From the NCBI GenBank assembly GCA_966211755.1, contig CBIHOH010000006.1:24534-88533 (forward strand): DNA of 64,000 bases, in the 5' to 3' direction. Both the position numbers and the translations under genes were made by a program. This document shows positions 59,561 to 64,000 of the stretch, piece after piece. Position 1 is the stretch's first letter. The number at the start of each line of letters is the position of its first letter. Origin of the DNA: an uncultured Rhizobacter sp. (GTDB taxonomy: Bacteria > Pseudomonadota > Gammaproteobacteria > Burkholderiales > Burkholderiaceae_C). The notes under the pieces are model-generated. The model saw nothing but the letters and a program-made list of their open reading frames with translations. It was not told the DNA's origin and made no database searches.

Positions 59561-61015
59561 ATGAACAAACGCACCCGCATCTTCATCGGCATCCTGCTCG
59601 CCTATGCGCTCGGCGTGGGCTGGCTGATGTACCGCCAGCTGGAGGACATCGATCCGCGCTACCGCGAATCGGCCGAGGAATCGCTGGTCGAGACCGCCCA
59701 GCTGATGGCCACCCTGGTGGAAGGCCTGTCGCGCGATGGCGCCTTGCAGACCGAGCCGCTGGGCCCGCTGTTCCAGTCGCTGTATGCGCGGCGCTTCAAG
59801 GCCGACATCTTCGGCTTCGAGAAGACCCGCGTCGAGTTGCGGCTGACGGTGGCCGACCGCAACGGCCGGCTGGTGTTCGATTCGCAGGGCCGGCAGACCG
59901 GCGCCGACCATTCGCAATGGCGCGACATCCGCCGTGCCCTGAAAGGCGAATACGGCGCCCGCTCGACCCCCGACATCGAGGGCGACAAGCGCACCTCGGT
60001 GATGTACGTCGCGGCCCCCATCCGCGTCAGGGACGAGATCATCGGCGCAGTGAGCGTGGGCAAGCCGGTGCAGAGCTTCGGCCAGTTCGTCGAGGCGGCA
60101 CGGCGCAAGACCCTGCTGGTCGGCGCGACCTCGGTGGTGGCGGTGCTGCTGCTGGTGGTGATCCTGTCGGTCTGGCTGGTGCGGCCCTTCGGCGTGATCG
60201 CCGACTATGTGCGTTATGTGCGCGCCCAGCATTCGTTCAGCCTGCCCCGCCTGGGGCGCCGCGCGCTCGGTGCGCTGGGCGCCGCCTACGACGAGATGCG
60301 CGACGCGCTGGCCGGCCACAACTACGTGGCCGACTACGTGCAGACCCTCACCCACGAGGTCAAGAGCCCGCTGTCGGCCATCCGCGGCGCGGCCGAGTTG
60401 CTGCAAGAGCCCATGCCCGACGCCGACCGTGCGCGCTTCGCGGCGAACATCGCCCGCGAGACGCAGCGCATCCAGGAACTGGTCGACCGCATGATGGAGC
60501 TGACCGCGCTCGAGACCCGCCGCAGCCTGGACCACACCGCCCCGGTGGCCGTGCTGCCCCTGCTGCGCGATCTGGTCAATGCCGCCCAGCCGGCCAGCGC
60601 CGCACGTGGGGTGAGGGTGAGGGTGAGCATCGAAGACAGCGGAGTGGGCGAGCGGCTCGCCGTGGAGGGCGATGCCTTCCTGCTGCAGCGCGCGGTGGCC
60701 AACCTGCTGGACAACGCCATCGACTTCTCGCCGCAGGGCGGCCAGGTCACGCTGGAGGTGGTGCGCAAGCGGCGCAGCCTCGACATCAGCGTGCGCGACC
60801 AGGGGCCGGGCATCCCGGACTATGCCGAGTTGAAGGTCTTCGAAAAGTTCTATTCACTCGCCCGGCCGCATTCACGCAAGAAAAGCACCGGCCTGGGGCT
60901 GTCCTTCGTGAAAGAGATCGCCGAGCTGCACCGGGGCCGCGCGACCCTGCAGAACGCCATCGGCGGCGGGGCGCTGGCCACGCTGTCGCTGCCGCTGGAC
61001 GAGTCGGCCGGCTAG
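59561..61015 (+). CDS. creC: sensor histidine kinase, CreC-like
   Basis: GEYGARST, SVMYVAAP, LTHEVKSP, NLLDNAIDFS, FYSLARP, STGLGL. Confidence 0.88.
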   Translation: MNKRTRIFIGILLAYALGVGWLMYRQLEDIDPRYRESAEESLVETAQLMATLVEGLSRDGALQTEPLGPLFQSLYARRFKADIFGFEKTRVELRLTVADRNGRLVFDSQGRQTGADHSQWRDIRRALKGEYGARSTPDIEGDKRTSVMYVAAPIRVRDEIIGAVSVGKPVQSFGQFVEAARRKTLLVGATSVVAVLLLVVILSVWLVRPFGVIADYVRYVRAQHSFSLPRLGRRALGALGAAYDEMRDALAGHNYVADYVQTLTHEVKSPLSAIRGAAELLQEPMPDADRARFAANIARETQRIQELVDRMMELTALETRRSLDHTAPVAVLPLLRDLVNAAQPASAARGVRVRVSIEDSGVGERLAVEGDAFLLQRAVANLLDNAIDFSPQGGQVTLEVVRKRRSLDISVRDQGPGIPDYAELKVFEKFYSLARPHSRKKSTGLGLSFVKEIAELHRGRATLQNAIGGGALATLSLPLDESAG

Positions 61016-61033
61016 GGCCGGCCGCCGCCGGGT

Positions 61034-61591
61034 TCAGGCGGCCGGGACCGGCCCGGCGCCGTCGGCGACGTGGCAGCGCACCGGATCGCCTGGCGACAGC
61101 ACCCCGCCACTCAACACCCGCGCCGTCACCCCGCCGTGCCCGCGCAAGGCGTTGTAGCCGCCCGGGCCGAGCACCTCCTCCATGCGCGAACACGGCTCGC
61201 AAGGGCCGCTCACCTCGAGCAGCACGTCCGTCCCCAATCGCAGCCGCAGCGGCCGGTCCTTGAACAAGGCCTTGGCCGCGAGCAGGTTCAGGCCCGACAC
61301 CAGCAGGTTGCGCCGCAGCACGGCCGGATCGATCGCGGCCAGCCCGACCCAGGCGGCGATGGCCGGCAGGTGCTCGGCCTGCAGCAGGGTCACCTCCCGC
61401 TTGCCGCCGCCCGGCTCGCGCAGCGCCGCCCTGTCCCCCTGCAGGCCCCGGCCGGCCAGCGCGGTGGCCGCCTGGACGCGCAGCACGTCCACCCGGCGCC
61501 CCGGCCGCAAGAAGATGGCCTCGAGCCGGCCCGGGCGAGGGAAGCGGCCGCTCAGGCCGCGCAGGTCGGCGGGGTCGGGGAAAAGGGACAT
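61034..61591 (-). CDS. MOSC domain protein
   Basis: GLQGDR, REVTLLQAE, LRRNLLVSG, CEPCSRME, GHGG.TARV. Confidence 0.88.
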   Translation of the reverse strand: MSLFPDPADLRGLSGRFPRPGRLEAIFLRPGRRVDVLRVQAATALAGRGLQGDRAALREPGGGKREVTLLQAEHLPAIAAWVGLAAIDPAVLRRNLLVSGLNLLAAKALFKDRPLRLRLGTDVLLEVSGPCEPCSRMEEVLGPGGYNALRGHGGVTARVLSGGVLSPGDPVRCHVADGAGPVPAA

Positions 61592-61654
61592 GGGCAGGGG
61601 ATCGACGCCGCGGGGGCAGGCCTGCATGACACCACAAAACGCGCCCGCGCGCAC

Positions 61655-61670
61655 TTCACGCACGCTTCAC
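61655..61670 (+). promoter_or_regulatory. cre-tag (CreB box)
   Basis: TTCAC-GCACGC-TTCAC = TTCAC-N6-TTCAC, about 95 bp before the VIT gene and close to creBC. Confidence 0.7.
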
Positions 61671-61765
61671 ACAAGGACCTCGTCCGCTTCGAACCCGCTT
61701 CGCACGACCAGGCCATCCTCCAGGACATGCCCACCGCTTCGGTGCCGTCCCCAAGGAGAGCTGCC

Positions 61766-63802
61766 ATGCGTTTGTTCCTGCACCCGATCCGCCCGCTCAG
61801 CCGCACCGGGCAGGTCTTGTTGTGTGCAGCCACCTCGGTGCTGGCCGCCGTGCTCAACCTGGTCTGGTCGCCGCCCGCCCAGGCCGACGATTCGGAAGCC
61901 GCCAGGCCGGAGAGCCCCTACTTCTTCGTCGACAGCGGCGAGCCCGGCGTCGACCGCCTGCCGCTCAAGTCGACCGAGGTGGACGTGCGCATCCACGGCG
62001 TCATCGCCGACGTGACGGTGACCCAGCACTATCGCAACGAGGGCCGGCGCCCGATCGAGGCCCGCTATGTGTTTCCCGGCTCCACGCAGGCGGCCGTGCA
62101 CGCGATGAACGTGCGCCTCGGCGACCGCCTGCTGAGCGCCCGCATCCGGGAGAAGGAACAGGCGCGCATCGAATACGACAGCGCCAGGAAGGAAGGCAAG
62201 ACCGCCGCGCTGCTGGAGCAGCACCGGCCGAACGTGTTCCAGATGAACGTGGCCCACATCCTGCCCGGCGACGAGGTGGCGGTGGAGCTGCGCTACACCG
62301 AACTGCTGACACCGACCGATGCGCGCTACGGCTTCGTGTTCCCGACCGTGGTGGGCCCGCGCTACCGCTCTCCCGGCGCCGGCGAGGGCAACGGCACGGC
62401 GGTGGTGGCGCCCTACCTGCCGCAGGGTTCGGCCGCGCCGGCCCGCTTCTCGCTGAAAGTGGCGCTGGACACCCCGGTGCCGGTGAAGGAGGTGGTCTCG
62501 TCCTCGCACGACATCCGCGTCGACGGCTCGGGCAGCCGCCATGCGACGGTCTCGCTGCGGGACGGCGGCAAGCCGGCCGACAACCGCGATTTCATCCTGA
62601 ACTACCGCCTGGCGGGCGACCGCATCGAGTCGGGCCTGATGCTGTTCCGGGGCGGGAACGAGAACTTCTTCCTCGGCCTGGTCGAGCCGCCCCATCAGAT
62701 TCCCGCCGCGCAGGTCAACCCGCGCGAATACATTTTCGTGGTCGACATCTCCGGCTCGATGCACGGTTACCCGCTGGACACCGCAAAGGTACTGCTGCAG
62801 AACCTGATCGGCCGGCTGCGTCCCAGCGACACCTTCAACGTGATGCTGTTCTCCGGCAGCAGCCGCATGCTCGCGCCCGCCTCGGTGCCGGCCACCCGGG
62901 CCAACATCGACATGGCGCTGGAGGCCTTGCGCACCACGGCCGGCGGCGGCGGCACCGAGATCGTGCCCGCGCTGCAACGCATCGCCGACCTGCCGAAGAA
63001 CGCCGACGTCTCGCGCAGCGTGATCGTCGTCACCGACGGCTATGTGAACGTGGAGGCCGAGGTGTTCCGCCTGATCCGCCAGAACCTGGACCAGGCGAAC
63101 GTGTTCGCCTTCGGCATCGGCAGCAGCGTCAACCGCCACCTGATCGAGGGCATGGCCCGCGCCGGGCAGGGCGAGGCCTTCGTGGTGACCAAGCCGGCCG
63201 AGGCGGCGGAGCAGGCCGAGCGGCTGCGCAGGATGATCGAGTCGCCGGTGCTCACCCAGGTGAAGCTGCGTGTCGAGGGGCTGGACGTCTATGACGTCGA
63301 GCCGGCCCGCTTGCCCGACCTGCTGGGCGGCCGGCCGGTGGTGGTGTTCGGCAAATGGCGCGGCGACACGGCTCGCGCCAAGCTGGTGGTGGAGGGCCAG
63401 GCGGCCGACGGACCGTACCGCATCGAACACGACACCGCCGGCCGCGAGGACCAGACCTCGGCCGCGCTGCGCCACCTCTGGGCACGCCAGCGCATCGCCG
63501 GCCTGTCCGACCAGGAAGCGCTGGAGGGCCGTGGCCAGCAGAAGCAGGAGATCACCGCACTCGGCCTGAAGTACGGGCTGCTGACGACCTACACCAGCTT
63601 CATCGCGATCGACCAGCGGGTGCGCAACGCCGAGCCGTCCGCCGCCACGGGCGTCGACCAGCCCCTGCCGCTGCCCGACGGCGTGGGCAACGGCGCCATC
63701 GGCGCGGAGGTGCCGAGTACGCCCGAACCCGCCGCCTGGCTGGCCCTGCTGGTCGTGCTCGGGGTGCTGCTGGCCACCGCGCTGTCCCGCCGCGGCCGCT
63801 GA
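61766..63802 (+). CDS. secreted VIT + vWA domain protein with PEP-CTERM-like sorting signal
   Basis: AAGGAG RBS; signal AQA-D; VIT-like IEARYVFP; MIDAS DISGS..T..TDG; C-terminal TPEP, TM helix, RRGR. Confidence 0.9.
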   Translation: MRLFLHPIRPLSRTGQVLLCAATSVLAAVLNLVWSPPAQADDSEAARPESPYFFVDSGEPGVDRLPLKSTEVDVRIHGVIADVTVTQHYRNEGRRPIEARYVFPGSTQAAVHAMNVRLGDRLLSARIREKEQARIEYDSARKEGKTAALLEQHRPNVFQMNVAHILPGDEVAVELRYTELLTPTDARYGFVFPTVVGPRYRSPGAGEGNGTAVVAPYLPQGSAAPARFSLKVALDTPVPVKEVVSSSHDIRVDGSGSRHATVSLRDGGKPADNRDFILNYRLAGDRIESGLMLFRGGNENFFLGLVEPPHQIPAAQVNPREYIFVVDISGSMHGYPLDTAKVLLQNLIGRLRPSDTFNVMLFSGSSRMLAPASVPATRANIDMALEALRTTAGGGGTEIVPALQRIADLPKNADVSRSVIVVTDGYVNVEAEVFRLIRQNLDQANVFAFGIGSSVNRHLIEGMARAGQGEAFVVTKPAEAAEQAERLRRMIESPVLTQVKLRVEGLDVYDVEPARLPDLLGGRPVVVFGKWRGDTARAKLVVEGQAADGPYRIEHDTAGREDQTSAALRHLWARQRIAGLSDQEALEGRGQQKQEITALGLKYGLLTTYTSFIAIDQRVRNAEPSAATGVDQPLPLPDGVGNGAIGAEVPSTPEPAAWLALLVVLGVLLATALSRRGR

Positions 63803-63826
63803 TGGACCCCGTCTCGGGCACGCACC

Positions 63827-64000
63827 ATGCACGCTCCGCTGCCACTGTCGCGCCAGGGCCGTTGGCAAGGGCGCCTCGACACCTGCCCGCCCCTGGCCTG
63901 GCTGGCACTGCAGGCGCTCGCCCTCTGGCCGCACTGGCGCTGGGCCACGGCCCGGGTGCTCGACGGCTCGGACGACCCGCTGGGCCTGGCCGCGCTCGCC
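63827..64000 (+). CDS. xrtQ: probable exosortase Q, partial (runs off window)
   Basis: Hand translation MHAPLPLSRQ...WLALQALALWPHWRWATARVLDGSDDPLGLAALA; follows a PEP-CTERM-like VIT gene; catalytic region outside window. Confidence 0.6.
   Translation, partial: MHAPLPLSRQGRWQGRLDTCPPLAWLALQALALWPHWRWATARVLDGSDDPLGLAALA

Noticed and set aside
60611..60628. GTGAGG tandem repeat in creC as phase variation
   Set aside because: Only about three in-frame hexamers; changes would keep the frame.

Overview
GC-rich betaproteobacterial chromosome segment (gene content suggests Burkholderiales; inference). Bases 1-4274 look like the right end of an island integrated at tRNA-Phe: an AAA ATPase + S8 protease pair (ietAS-like), a ParD-like antitoxin with a frameshifted ParE/RelE toxin, then the duplicated 3' half of tRNA-Phe. 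Next come a 5'-truncated hipA, a secreted HAF-repeat protein and an intact hipBA. The rest holds a stand-alone Lon, a darA/darB (dialkylresorcinol-type) cluster with BtrH-like, ABC, ACP and KS genes, two paralogous DUF1800/DUF1501 operons, two tandem uncharacterised membrane-anchored paralogs, a LytS/LytTR pair, rep, phoD, sppA, map, an HTH + AbiEii-type module, priA, hemE, cysK, creBC and a VIT/vWA PEP-CTERM-like protein with a probable exosortase Q cut by the window edge. Non-coding highlights: a DARS-like DnaA-box/IHF element between hemE and priA, 27-bp-spaced operators over apparently leaderless promoters at two TA modules, an exact cre-tag before the VIT/exosortase operon, and co-linear conserved blocks upstream of both DUF1800 operons. 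No CRISPR array or complete RNA gene was seen. Family calls are by motif recognition only; no searches were run.
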